A stretch of 64,000 nt of DNA from Bilabrum cf. latius. Lineage: Eukaryota. This document shows positions 33,651 through 46,007 of the stretch, in pieces. The notes beneath the pieces are model-generated. The model was not told where the DNA came from. It did not search any database and saw only the letters and a list, made by a program, of their open reading frames with translations. The position numbers were made by a program, and so were the translations under genes. How positions within the stretch are numbered: the first letter of the stretch is position 1; every line of letters begins with the position of its first letter. The DNA lies in contig OZ237766.1 in the NCBI GenBank assembly GCA_965178125.1, positions 744,001-808,000 of the forward strand, written 5' to 3'.

Positions 33651-35408
33651 CGCTGGCGCCGCAGCGGAACTTTGGGCTGTGGCGGAGAGCGCCTCTGCCC
33701 GAGCCAAACTTTCGGCTCGGGCACGGGACAACTTTGCCCAAGCCGAATAATTTAATATTTAAACTGGGTTTGCCGCGATTTCAGAGATCGCGCCCGAGCG
33801 GAATGTTAGGCTCGGGCGCCAAGCACCTGTGCCCGAGCCGAACATTGGGCTCGGGCAGGGGCGCCCTCCGCCCGAGCCTAGGGTTTTCTTTTTTTAGGCT
33901 CGGGCACGGGTATTTTGCTGATACATTGGTCAGTAACTGCGTAATCTGAAGAGTCTCAGCACCTACATCGCGCAAACGTGCAAATGCATTGACAGTACTC
34001 GTTGCGAACGTCAGGGACTCTGCCGAACGACAAACATGATCAACCAAGCCAAGTAGCAACACCAATTGTGCTCCAATCAAGCGCTTGCCAGGGCTAGCAG
34101 ACGCTCTTGGAAGCTTCAGCGGGCGGATCCCCGGCCGCGCGTGCTGGGTGGCTAGCCATGGGGTGGCTTTCCCGGCCAGCCTGGAGGCGGGCGAGGCCGT
34201 CTCGATGCAGTTGGCACTGTGCATGTGCTGGCACTGCGATGCACTGCAGGACTTGCAGCTGGGAGCTGTGTCGGGCGGTGACTTGCTGAGCATCTGCGTG
34301 GGCGGCTGCAGGACGCCCACCCGCCTGCCACCACGCCAGCTCCAAGGCAGCCCCCGTGCCCCGCCCACTCTAGCAGGTGCCTGGCATTGTGCTGACACCG
34401 GTGATATCGTGGATCTGCCTGGGCTGGCCGCTGGGGGCGAGGGTGCTATGGACGAGAACGAGGAGGGCGAGGGGGAGGGGGCCGGCACAGCGCACTTCGA
34501 TGGCGGCAAGCAGGGGCAGGAGCAGCTGCCAGAAGCACGGGTGTGGGAGCCATGGATCTGTTTGACGAGGAAGAAGCAAACCTCGTCGGGCAACCGCCGG
34601 GCAAGGTTGAAAGCAGCAGCACCAGCAGCAGTGCGGCAGCATCGTGGTGGCAGGCGGGACGGCCTGGTCCTGGATGGTGATCTGAAGGGCCTCCCTGGGC
34701 TGGCCGCCGGGTGAGTGGGGGGGCACCGGGATGGTGGACAGAAAGAGTAGTTCGTAGCCCGGCGTCGGCCAGGGTGTGTCTCGTCCGAGCGGTGATGTCG
34801 TAGCGGATGAAGTTAGCCCTGGTGGTGATGGGGTCGTGCGGAAGCCGCGGCACGGCCAGGGTGGGGCTGCCCAGCTCAAGTACCGGCAGCAAGCGCAGTC
34901 GCAAGGCCAAGGCCGACGGACAGGGCACGGCTTCCGCGCCCGACGAAGAGGAGTCGCGCCCTCAGAAGAAGGTTTGATTCATCAAGCCAAATACTGCTTG
35001 AATTGCGTGTGTTTCTGTACATTGTTCTGGCAGCAGGATCATCATGCCGGGAAGCCTCCGACCGCTGCCCAGGCGGTCGAACTGCACGCCGGTGGCGATG
35101 CCATCCCCATCTACCAAGCAAACAGCCATAAAGATAGCAAAATACCCGTGCCCGAGCCGAAAAAAAGAAAACCCTAGGCTCGGGCGGAGGGCGCCCCTGC
35201 CCGAGCCCAATGTTCGGCTCGGGCGCAGGTGCTTGGCGCCCGAGCCTAACATTCCGCTCGGGCGCGATGTCTGAAATCGCGGCAAACCCAGTTTAAATAT
35301 AAAATAATTCGGCTTGGGCAAAGTTGTCCGTGCCCGAGCCGAAAGTTTGGCTCGGGCAGAGGCGCTCTCCGCCACAGCCCAAAGTTCCGCTGCGGCGCCA
35401 GCGGGGGA
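33651..35408. mobile_element. Non-autonomous long-TIR (foldback-like) DNA element, copy 2
   Basis: Colinear and highly similar to 17539-19309 in the same orientation; the leftmost C-run is missing. Confidence 0.9.
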
Positions 35409-35460
35409 CCAGTGGCATAGTGTGATGGTGCTGAAGTTGATTTGCAGTGCCCACTGTTTT

Positions 35461-36528
35461 TCATCGACTCTTCGCTTCATTCGCCACAGTTTCAATCGGA
35501 ACAACTATACCAGCCCATGCGAGTCCCCGTGCTCGTGCTACCGTCCGCAGCGCTCCCCTTGCACGCTTCTGCAGCTCTTGCAGCCCACCCGAGTTCTCCA
35601 CCACCACCCCCGCCCGCTCCCTCATCCACTCCCTCGGCGGCTGGCTCGCGATCCTCGCCCCTGCCTACTCTTCGCTGGAGCCGTCCCTGCCCATCAGCCG
35701 CTTCATCTGCAGGTCCCTGGGCACATCCACCACCACAACGGGGGCGCACAGCGCGAGCAGCATGGGTGTCCTGAGCAGCAGCGCCGCGTCAAGAACTACC
35801 ATCTTGCCGCCCCACGAACCGTGCCACAGGGCCTGTTTGACCACCTCCCACCCTATTGCAGGGTGCGTGATCCCCTCAAGCACCCTCCGCCTGGCTCTGT
35901 GTTCCTCCGAGTCGCCGAACACCAGCTGCCCCAGCGCCTTCCGGTCCAGGGGGCTGCCCCCCTGCCCGTCCTTGCACACGACACCGGCGCCGAAAGTTCG
36001 GACAATGGCGCGGTAGCCCGATGTTCCCGGCTGGACCACCTGCCTGGCCACCTGATCCGCGTCGATGCAGTGCATTGCAGCGCCTCCTGCGGCGCTCCTC
36101 CACTCCCTCAGCACGGTGCTCTTCCCAGACGCGATCAGCCCAGTGAGGCCGACCATGAGCGTGCGGCGAGCCAATAGTATGCCCATGATATGGCTAAATG
36201 CTGGCAAAATGACTGCAGCGTCTAGCAATTGCCTGTCGGGGGCGAGCAAGCGGAGCGGGCTCTTGCTCGCATCACTCTGTGTGGCTAGCATTGCGTCGGC
36301 AACTGCACACCCGGGGTTCTCCCAAATATTAGCTACCACAGATGGGACCGGAACGGCAACGTCTGCTAAAAATAGCGCGACGCACCACGCTACGTATATT
36401 ACCGGGCTCTTGAGATGAACTCGGCCATATTTTAGAGCCAAAGCTCCCGTGGTTGACCCAACTAAGAGCGAAGCTGATATCCGAAGAAGCAGCAATGACC
36501 ATTGGTACGCAATGTCCATGCCAATCAT
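35461..36528 (-). CDS. coaE: Dephospho-CoA kinase with N-terminal hydrophobic extension
   Basis: P-loop VGLTGLIASGKST, IDADQVAR, LDRKALGQLVF and ITHPAI. After the TAG at 35665 the expected ARIASQ...VVENSG follows; ends TGA. Confidence 0.9.
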
Positions 36529-37331
36529 AGTGCCTATTGTTCGACGAAACGAATCTAGATTCTAGAATCTACCTCTCAAAAGGATCCGCCCTGTCAACTC
36601 AATGTCCTGTGCGTGCCGCAGGGCAGAGTTCAACCCTAAACACTATCTGAGATATATAAATACCAGAGATGTATCGGATACTAGTGTTGACGGGAAACAG
36701 CAGCGCTACGAACGAACGAACGAGCCAATCTGTGGGTTTTATAGCTCCGAGTCCAATGATAGCGTGCTAATACTGGTTTACGATCCGTACACCAGGAGCG
36801 TCACGAAGCGAGCATCACGAGTGGAATCCGAGAAGAAAAGAGAATATATAAAATTCAAGCTCGCCAACCTACCCAAACGCTATCACTTGAGCAAAAAATT
36901 GTCAAGAAGCGAGCGTTTGTTAATTGCTCAATTCCGGTTCGATTGTTGCAAACGATGCCCTGAACGCTACAGCTGCTGCCATCAGCTGAACCTGAAGAAT
37001 TTGTTCGTGGTATTTGTATATAGTAGTCTGTATTGTACGACACGGCGACTTAAAGTCCTACGGAATCAAGAGATTAAAGTACCCTGGAGGAATAAGACTC
37101 CGCGTTCATGCGCCGTGGGAAAAGTCGCGGGCCAAGAAACCCAATTCAAGCGGTAAGACAAGTAAATTGGATGGCAATATGATCACAGTACGATTCCACT
37201 GCGTTTCGGTGTTGGCTTGCTGCACGTGCATGATTCTCTTAAGCAACGGCACGCATTTGTCGGCCTTCAATCCATCTGCACAGGCAATGTAGTAGTGCGA
37301 GGTATCCTGTCGTACTTTCGTATACCGTCTC

Positions 37332-40300
37332 ATGCAGAGAAGGCGCGCATCTGCCATGATATTTGCCGGAGTGGTGATCGTGTTGGTTGCGCTAGTTGTC
37401 AGTAGTGTCGTGGTGCCGTCCGCAGCGAGCCGCGGGAAAAAAGATGTCCCCGGCAGGACACGAGGCGGACATGCAATCACTAGACCAGTTGAACCGGGGC
37501 CCAATCCACCCATCCCACAGTTCGGTGGTGGCACTAGCACTCTCCAAGCCCCGCCCACGTGGCCCAATGCAGGCCCCTCTCCTGCGGCGCTGCAACCCGG
37601 GCCCACACAATGCCCCCCCGGCTCCGAGTCCCACGTGCTCTTTTCCTTCGACGAGAGGGACCTGCCTGGCTTCTTTATCGCCACGCAGTCCATGTTCGCG
37701 CACGCCAGCAGGCCGGAGTGCATCCGGGTGCACGTGCTGTGCCCCTCCACTGCAGAGGCTGACATCAAGGCTGCGTGTAGCTGTGCCATGCCTCCGAGCG
37801 CTTGTTCCTCGCTGCATTTCGTCAGGACGCGCCCGCTTACCCGCACGGTCACAGGGTCCGAGACCCACGGCAAGCACCTGGGCTCCCCGTACAACCTGGG
37901 CCGGCTGGAGGCTTTCGACGCCCTGCCCCCCTCTGTGCACAGGTTCGCCTACCTCGATGCGGACATTTTGGTGCTGGGGGACATACACGACCTGGTGCAC
38001 TTCGACCTGCAAGGGAACGCGACTGCCTTCGCCTGGGAGCCGGACAGGTCCATGTGCAACCCGTGGGGAGTCAAGTGCGGTCACCCCGCTCTGGAGCAGG
38101 CAGGCCTTACGAAGCAGTTGCTGCAGCGCAAGAAGGTGGGCAATGCGGGGATCATGGTGGTGGACCTAGATGAGTGGCGGAGGCTGGACCTGAGTCGCCA
38201 GGCACGCCTTTGGTCCCAGCTGAACCACGACGGGAAGCTTTTCCTCCTCGGTTCGCAGCCCCCCATCATGCTGGCCACCATCAACAGCCGGGCTCAGCTG
38301 CCCAGCTAGTGGAACCTCAAAAACGAGAAGCGGAAGGACACGAAGCTGGTGCACTTCGCGGGGCCAGGCAAGCCTTGGCAGGTCGTGCGCCCGGGCCCCT
38401 ACGCCTAGGCCAGGCGCTACCTGCAGTGCAGGGTGGGCTACTCGAGCGCGGCTACCTCTGCTGACCGCAACATGGTGGCCTACTCGCGGTACATCGGCAA
38501 GTACGGGGTCAGGACGGAAGGAGAAGCGTTGCCTTAGACAGTGAAGGACATCCCCCTGCGGGACCTGCTTGCGTGGCGCGCGCGTCAGCCACAATCGCGC
38601 AATCTCGGCGTGTTCATCGACCGTGCCGCTCACAAGCATTTTGTGCGCACGATGCTGGGGCAGGAGGGATACACCACCGAGACGATGGGGGTGCTGGAGG
38701 CGGGGGAGGGCGGGGACGTGGGCGCCATGGAGGAGGGCTTGCTGCCTCAGGGGCTGCTGGCGGGGACCCAGGGGCCTCACCTGATCGTGCGCCCGCTGCA
38801 CCTTCCCGGGCTGGTGATGCATGTCAAGGATGGTCTCGTGACCAACTCGCCGTGGAAGGAGGACGAGGGGAAGACAGTGACCAAGGAGCTGGTGTCCGGT
38901 TGGCTGCAGGATGTGGGCAAGCGGTGCCAGCACTGTGAGACGGAGCGGCAGAATGCAGACGTGACGAGGGGGCTGATTGTGGAGAGGGAGGAAGAGTCGC
39001 TCGAGGGGCAAGAGGGGGTGCGCCTGCTGCAGGACGGCCTCAAGATCTGGTGCACGCGGGGGGTGCCCATGTTCATAGAGGTGGAGAAGCACTCGGCCAG
39101 CGGGAAGACTCGGTCCTTCTACACGCCCGGGTGGAGGCTGCTGGCGGCCAGCAAAAAATACCCGGTGGATCCAGAGGCTGTCGGTGTCAGGGCGCCCATG
39201 CTGCTGCCCGAGGCGGTGCGTGTGGCGGCAGAGTTGAGCAAGTCCTTCTCCTTCGTGCGAGTGGACCTGGGCTCGATCGGGACTCGGGTGGTGGTGCAGC
39301 GGCTGTCGTTCGTTCCAGACGGGGTGGACGGGCCCCGCTTCCAGCCCCCTGCCTTTGGATACGCTGTCTCCAAGCTCGTGCAAATGGCACCGTCTGTGGC
39401 AGCGGCTCGGGCAGCCATGCTGCCCTTCGTCAGACAGCAGCAGTGCGCCAAGACCCTGGTTACGGGCGCGGCCGGGTTCATCGGGAGCCACCTGTCCAAG
39501 GAGCTGCTGGAGAGCGGGCGCCCCGTGGTGGGGATCGACTCGTGGAATGCGCTGGACGAGGAGCACAGCGCGCTGATGGACGCTCGGGTGGCGGGGCTGG
39601 AGAAGGATAAGGGCTTCCACCTCGTGCGATCAAGCACCTGCGACGTGCATACCATGGTGGCTCTGCTGCACGAGCACAGGGTCTGCGACATCGTGCACCT
39701 CGCAGCGCAGCCGGGGGTGAGGCGGTCCACTCGCAGGCCCATGGAGACGGTAGAGCTCAACGTGGGCTGCTTCGCCAGTATCCTCGAGGCTGTAGCTCGG
39801 TTCAACTCCACCATCCGGGTCGTGTACGCTTCCAGCTCCTCCGTGTACGGGGCCAATGCGGTGTCCCCCTTCGTGGAGACGGCATACCCCGTACCAGCCA
39901 GCATATACGCAGCCTCAAAGGTGGCCGATGAGGCGTTGGCGCAGTCGTACCGCAACGTGCACAAGCTGAACCTGCTGGGACTGCGGTTCTTCACCGTGTA
40001 CGGGCCCCGGGGCAGGACGGACATGGCTGCGTACATGTGGGCGCGGGCCATCGAGGCAGGTGAGTCCATCAAGGTGTTTCAGACTCCTTCGGGGGTGGAG
40101 ATGGCCAGGGACTTCACATATGTGGGTGATATCGTGAGCGGGATCCGGTCTGTGCTGCCTAGGAGGGACGTGACGGGCGTGCTCAACATCGGTAAGGGCA
40201 GTCCAGACAAGGTGTCAGACCTGATCGGCGAGCTGGAGGTGTGCTTTGATAAGAAGGCGACCCTGGTTAAGGTGCCACAGCCACCGGGGGATGTGCCGAT

Positions 40301-40448
40301 TACATTTGCAGACACGGCTCGGATGTCTAGCTTGGTGGGGTACGCCCCGCAGGTCAGTCTCAAGGAGGGCATTCGGCGGTTCTGCGAGTGGTTCAAGTCG
40401 GATGAGGCCAAAGAGGTCAGGAGCAAGGCGGCTATTGCATTGGGTTGA
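37332..40448 (+). CDS. Triple fusion: GT8 glycosyltransferase, degenerate TupA-like ATP-grasp, UDP-glucuronate 4-epimerase-like SDR (copy 1)
   Basis: TM anchor. GT8: YLDADILVLGDI, NAGIMVVDLDEWR, LGSQPP, HFAGPGKPW. ATP-grasp-like: FSFVRVDL. Epimerase: LVTGAAGFIGSH, HLAAQPGVR, YASSSSVYG, YAASK, LRFFTVYGPRGRTDMA. TAGs at 38307, 38406 and 38535; ends TGA. Confidence 0.9.
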
Positions 40449-40534
40449 ATAAATACTCGGGTTGTCGTGGACGTAACTGGATAGGCCTACCTAGTTTTGC
40501 CGGTACGTGCAAATAAGCTTGCGCTCATGTCTCC

Positions 40535-42865
40535 TCAAGCCCCTACAGGGCCTGCACCTCGACGAATGGCCTTCAGCTGCTCTGGGGAAGCCGCATTCGG
40601 GTCATGCATAGTCAGCGGCATCATCGCCCGAGTGACCTGCTCCTGTGTCAGGACAGTCCCGGGTGGTGCCCCAAACCCCGACTGCCACCCGTCGCTATTT
40701 TTGGGCTCAGGTAGATGGTGCGCCACAATGCGGCCCGCAGTTTCTTCCAGCATAATAGGCTCAGTCAACACCAGCGCGCCGGCAGGTGTAAATGTCATCT
40801 CGCCGAGGTAGACCTTGCCATTGACCTCGAACAAGTCCACGCGCACAAAGGGGAAGGGCTCCGAGAGCTGCTGGGCGATGCGCACCATCTCTGCCAGCTT
40901 GGAAGGGGGCTGGGAAGGCTTTTTCATGCGGGGTGGTCCACCGAGCTTGTATACGTCAGGGAGGAACGTCCAGTCAGGAGAGAAGAATCCATTGTGCTTG
41001 CCACCTCTCTCATACCTGCTGGCTACTTCCAACACGTACATAATGGTTCCCCGCGAGCAAAAGAACTTGTAGTCCGCAGGAATCGCCCCACCCTCGTACA
41101 GCTTCTCCAAAATCAGCGACCTGCGCATACCCACGTACTGCAGCTCTGTCTCGGCCATGTGCACGCGCTGGGACACCTGCCTCAGCACGCCCTGGTACAG
41201 CTCCTTGGACAGCTCCTGCCCTTTGCAGTTCCTCTCTCCCATGTTCCTGGACACTGCATCAAAGTGCCCCGTGCACACGATCATTTTGCCGTCAACCACG
41301 ATCGCATTGGTCCCTGACATGCTGCTGGCCTTGAGCGCAAAGTCCCTCATCCCGGGGACAGGCGGCTAAAACCATGGCTCAGTGTTGGGCAGTACGAGTC
41401 CGAGGGTGTCTACGGTGTGTCCCTCGCCCAAGTGCACCCTGGCAAAATGCTTCACGGAGGTCTTGTCCGCGAACACCGCCCGCGCCGTGTTGGGCCTATA
41501 CACGCTCAATGACAAGAAGAAATCGGACACACGCAAACCATCACGGTAAGGCGGCACCCGCTCCTGCAATGCCTTCTATAGCGCCTTTGAATCCACCCGT
41601 GGCCTCCTGGGCCAGTCCAGGAACCACGTCCTAAGGTCCCTGTAGTACCACACGTACTGCAGCCGCTCGTAGTCAGCAGATGACAAACCCGGCCGAGGAT
41701 CGTACCTGCACTCAAGTAAACGCTGAGCCTCCCGCCGAACCGTCCTTGCGCTGCAGCTCTCTGCATCCTCCAGCTCCGCCCGAGTGGCGGGCGCGTCCCT
41801 CCCCTGCCATGGCTTCTCCCCCACCCTCGACACCTCAGGCAGCCCTTCCCATGGCTTGGACTCGCCAGACATTCGTAAGAGTACCGGCCCACCGGCACCG
41901 GCCTGCAATGGACAGCTGGGAGGCGATATCAGCACCCCACCTGTGCTTCCAGCACTGCCAGGAGCCCATGCCTCCACAAGCCCCGGTCGCAACCTGCCCT
42001 GACTCACCCAGGCCGGGGGAAACGCGGCGGCTGCTTCATTAAGCACTTTCCCATTGACCGGGCACTGCGACCAGCCTGAGGTGTCCTCCTCCGCCAAAGC
42101 GTGTTCCCGGAGCTGGGCCTGCCACCTCTCTGTGTGCACCAGCAGAGGGGCCCCCGGGGCCAGGCCTCTGCCCTGTGCCCCCGGTCGGTCGCCCACCAGC
42201 ACCGTCTCGGGTCTTCTTCTCAGATCCTACAGCAGCTCCGATGGACTACGTGTCACCATCACGTGCGGGTCAGGTAGCACCAGCACCGCCTCCGACTCGA
42301 GACCGGCACCTGCACTGCAGGAGGTCAGCCTGGCCAGCACGGCCATGTCTCTAGCCAGCCTGAGTGCTGAAGTCCAGCGCGGCTCGGCTGCAGCTTCACC
42401 TGAAATGGATAGATGGTCCTACGACGGATCCGGAATATGAAGAATGCCATCGCAGCTGGCTGCTGGGAGGTAGCAAGAGCAAGCATGCGATACCTCGCGC
42501 CAAGCTCTATTCCCGGCCAGCATGGCAAATCGAACAGGCTCAGCGCCAGGAATCGCGGAAAGTCGTTCCACGAATGACCGTGCAGCTATAAGAAAAGCTG
42601 GTGCTGACATGAAATCGACTGGGACTGCAACTAAGAAACCCTTTCTAGACACGGTGGACTGCCCAATCTACGATCCGCCTGTTGAACCAGGTCTGAAAGC
42701 ATACAGACCAGCAGTTACTACCAGGGTAACCATGACAATAGTCAGTGCGCCATAGAGGCGCGGTTGTGTCGGTGACAGTCTCCAGGCAGCCTTTGAATTT
42801 GAGCTGTCGTGCCGATTTGCACCAAATCGGTTCGGCAGCACCGATCGCTTGCCTATCTTCCGCAT
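40535..42865 (-). CDS. TupA-like ATP-grasp protein with degenerate GT8-like N-terminal domain (copy 1), type II membrane
   Basis: Motifs ADKTSVKHF, FALKASSMSG, ILEKL, DYKFFC and FPFVRVDLFEVNGKVYLGEMTFTP. 777-codon frame with TAGs at 42668, 42419, 42227, 41576 and 41366; ends TGA. Confidence 0.85.
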
Positions 42866-43317
42866 GGCTTCCTACAACCAAGCTAATAACAGAATTGCTC
42901 TTCTATGAATATAACAGTACGGGGAATGCAAGCCTTCTAGCAACCAAGCAACTTGAAGGGCGACCTGAGGATGAACTCAGCGTGGCGGCCGTGATCACTT
43001 CTATTATATCGTAGTGTAGCACATGCAAGTGCACGCAACTAATTGTCTGGCTGCTGATCAAGCGCTCACCGGCGGTCACTCGAAACATCAAAACAATACA
43101 ACAGTTGTACTAAATACGAACCAAAACCACGGTACTTCGGACTAGATTAGTAATAGCCGTGTGCTCATCAGTGCAAAGCCCAAGGCCCACAATGGACCCC
43201 ATTGGGGATCTCAAGGTGGTCAGAGCGGGCTTGCCAGGGGGGCTATCGAACAAGACTAGCCCCTGAGGATGATGGGTGCAGGTGGGCAACAACCGCCACA
43301 AATTGTAGTGTACAAGT

Positions 43318-43397
43318 GCATCCGGCGGTTCTGCGAGTGGCCCAAGTCGCATGAGGCCAACGAGGTCAGGAGCAAGGCGGCTATTGCGTTGAGTTGA
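43318..43397 (+). pseudogene. Duplicated fragment of the epimerase 3' end
   Basis: Matches about 40369-40448 with a few substitutions, including the stop codon. Confidence 0.8.
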
Positions 43398-43539
43398 GGC
43401 TGAGCATGTCTAGCGTTGTTCGTGCTGTGCAGCGTACTGCGTAGACTAGAATGGCAGGATGTGCAGTCGTCACACTGGTTTGGAGCACGACTTCTCGTTC
43501 GTCCCTCGGGAAAGCTGTTTACAATTGGTTGTCTGGAGC

Positions 43540-43822
43540 AAAGCCTGTTACGTATGATAGTATTATTTGCTATTTTGCTTTGCGTGGCAACGATGTCAAC
43601 GTTTAGCAAGGCTGCCGGACAGGCCCACGACGGTCTATGTGTGCCGAGGGTCCCAATTCAGTAGAGTATGCTGCGTCCTTCGGTGTGGGACGATGAAGTG
43701 CCCCTAGTTCTGACAGCCTTTCCGAATCGGAAGCCAGGAAGTGTTACCCTTCTTGTACAGGGCGTGGTGCTTCCTATTCGAAGCTGCGTGATTGGCAGCC
43801 ACATTGTCGGGATCATGAACGC
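43540..43822 (+). pseudogene. 283-bp duplicate of the 5' end of the GT92-like gene
   Basis: Identical by eye to 44552-44834, then diverges abruptly. Confidence 0.85.
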
Positions 43823-44565
43823 AGGGACTCGCAAAATAGGAATCAGCGAAGAAACCAGGCAGTCCTGGAAAAGCCAGGCGAATAGGGGACTGGAGTGCAT
43901 CTGTGGGGGCTGCACAGCCCGAATTATCAGCGCGAATGGCAGAGTCCACAGGTGCAGTTGCCGCTTTTGGGGCCGAGACGGTACAAAGGTGGGCCGTGAA
44001 GCTGGTCGAGCCTACCATTTGGAACGACTGTAAAAATCCATGATACCATTGAATACTAGAAGTGCGAATATATACAATCACGAAGTTGCAGCAAAATCGA
44101 AATGGCAAAGTTGATTCGCGAAATCCTGGCCATGGCATGAAATCGAGCCATACTTGCCGATATTTCTCGGTATCGAAGTCATAGGTACTCTCAAATGAAA
44201 ATAATAGTAATTAGCCTTCTTTCGGAGAAGGAAAGGAAAGCAATGCGGCATGGCAGGGACTTACGGCTGATGGCAGAATTATTGTCCCCAATCTCGCGCC
44301 AGAATCGGCCCAAGAACGCCCTGAGTTAAGCGTCCCGAATCTTAGTATCAAATGACCGTATCAGCAAACCGAAACTAGAAAACACGTGCGTTTGTGGTCA
44401 AGGATATATTGAGAGAGGGAGTAGTTCGCTGCGGGGAGCCCAGGGGTTGTTAGAAAGTTCGTTTGAAGTCGTGGGGGGCGTCAAAATTCCGGAAGTGGCT
44501 CCTGAGTACTCGCATCCCTCGCTCTCCCCTCGCTGTTTACAATCGGTTGCAAAAGCCTGTTACGT

Positions 44566-45906
44566 ATGATAGTATTATTTGCTATTTTGCTTTGCGTGGC
44601 AACGATGTCAACGTTTAGCAAGGCTGCCGGACAGGCCCACGACGGTCTATGTGTGCCGAGGGTCCCAATTCAGTAGAGTATGCTGCGTCCTTCGGTGTGG
44701 GACGATGAAGTGCCCCTAGTTCTGACAGCCTTTCCGAATCGGAAGCCAGGAAGTGTTACCCTTCTTGTACAGGGCGTGGTGCTTCCTATTCGAAGCTGCG
44801 TGATTGGCAGCCACATTGTCGGGATCATGAACGCTTACCAGATAGCATTTAGTTCTGCGCGTGCGGCAGCAACACTCGTCGTTGAGTGTGAGCCACTTCC
44901 GAGTGGTACATATCCTAGGCATGGGGACCATGTCACCGTGATGCTTAGTAGGGGCGATCGCGGCTTGGTCCCAACAGCTATGCGATGGGACCATCGCCTG
45001 GTCGACGAGTGGCAACCAGCAGATTCCGGCCCGCGATACTTCTTGTGTGCGGCAACTCAAGTCAAAAATATGGCCAAGTATCTTCCCGACTGGGTGCAGT
45101 ACCACCGCCGCATCGGCGTGGATAAGATGTACATCTACGACAACAACAGCACGGATGGGATGGCTGCGCTTGGGCGCACGCTGGACGGAGTGGAGGTCAT
45201 CCCGTGGCCCTGGAGGCGGAGTCAGCGGCAGGCATACACACACGCACGGCTTATCGGCCGCCGCCGCTGCCGCTGGATGCTGTTCATGGACCTGGATTAG
45301 TACATATTCGCAGGGGACCAGCCGGGGGGGTTCGCGAGCCTCGTGCGTCGAGTCACCAGGGAGCCGGGGGCAGGGGGGGGCAAAGCATTGGCGGATGGGG
45401 ACAGGGTCGGGGGGGTGTAGCTCAGGAGCAGGCAAATGACTACTCGAGACATCACCTAGTGCCCACCGGAGGGTGTGCAAGTTCCAGAGGCGTATCTCGA
45501 CCGCAAACCAGACAAGCAAAGCTGGGACCCGCGGACCAATGGTTTGGTGGCGCCGGATGAGTGCATTGGCATCCATTGGATACACAACAGCTACTTGAGA
45601 GATGGAGCCGTCGAAGTAGAGGTCCCATCGGAGGATGCGCACTTCCTGCACTACAGCTACAAGTGCTGGCGCGAGATTTTCCTCCAAAAGTTCATGGGAA
45701 GGAACGGCGTCCTGGACTGGAAGTACGACCCATCTAAAGTATCACCAGACAAGCCGATTCAATCGTACGTGGATGGAGGGAGGGCAGCCACCGTCAGAGA
45801 CACGTCCTTTCGAGACGCGAAGAAGTTGGTTTAGGCTGGCTCAGTCCCCGTGCAGTTGGTCCTGCCACCGTTTTCTACGGAGCCTGTTGCAATGACGTGT
45901 ACATGA
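44566..45906 (+). CDS. GT92/DUF23-like glycosyltransferase
   Basis: Signal or anchor at the N-terminus; CAATQVKNMAKYLPDWVQYHRRIGVDKMYIYDNNSTD, WMLFMDLD*Y and HFLHY. TAGs at 44674, 45298, 45418, 45457 and 45832; ends TGA. Confidence 0.85.
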
Positions 45907-46007
45907 AACGTATCAGCTGGTAGGATGCATACAGGCCTAATGAATGACGATGATCAATCCGCGGCGCCAGTAGTGGCAATGCCAGTCACGGTGCCACCAG
46001 TGGTTAC

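Noticed and set aside
36602-37156. 184-aa ORF between coaE and the fusion gene (similarly 53432-53878, 62692-63189)
   Set aside because: AT-richer intergenic sequence with no recognisable motif.
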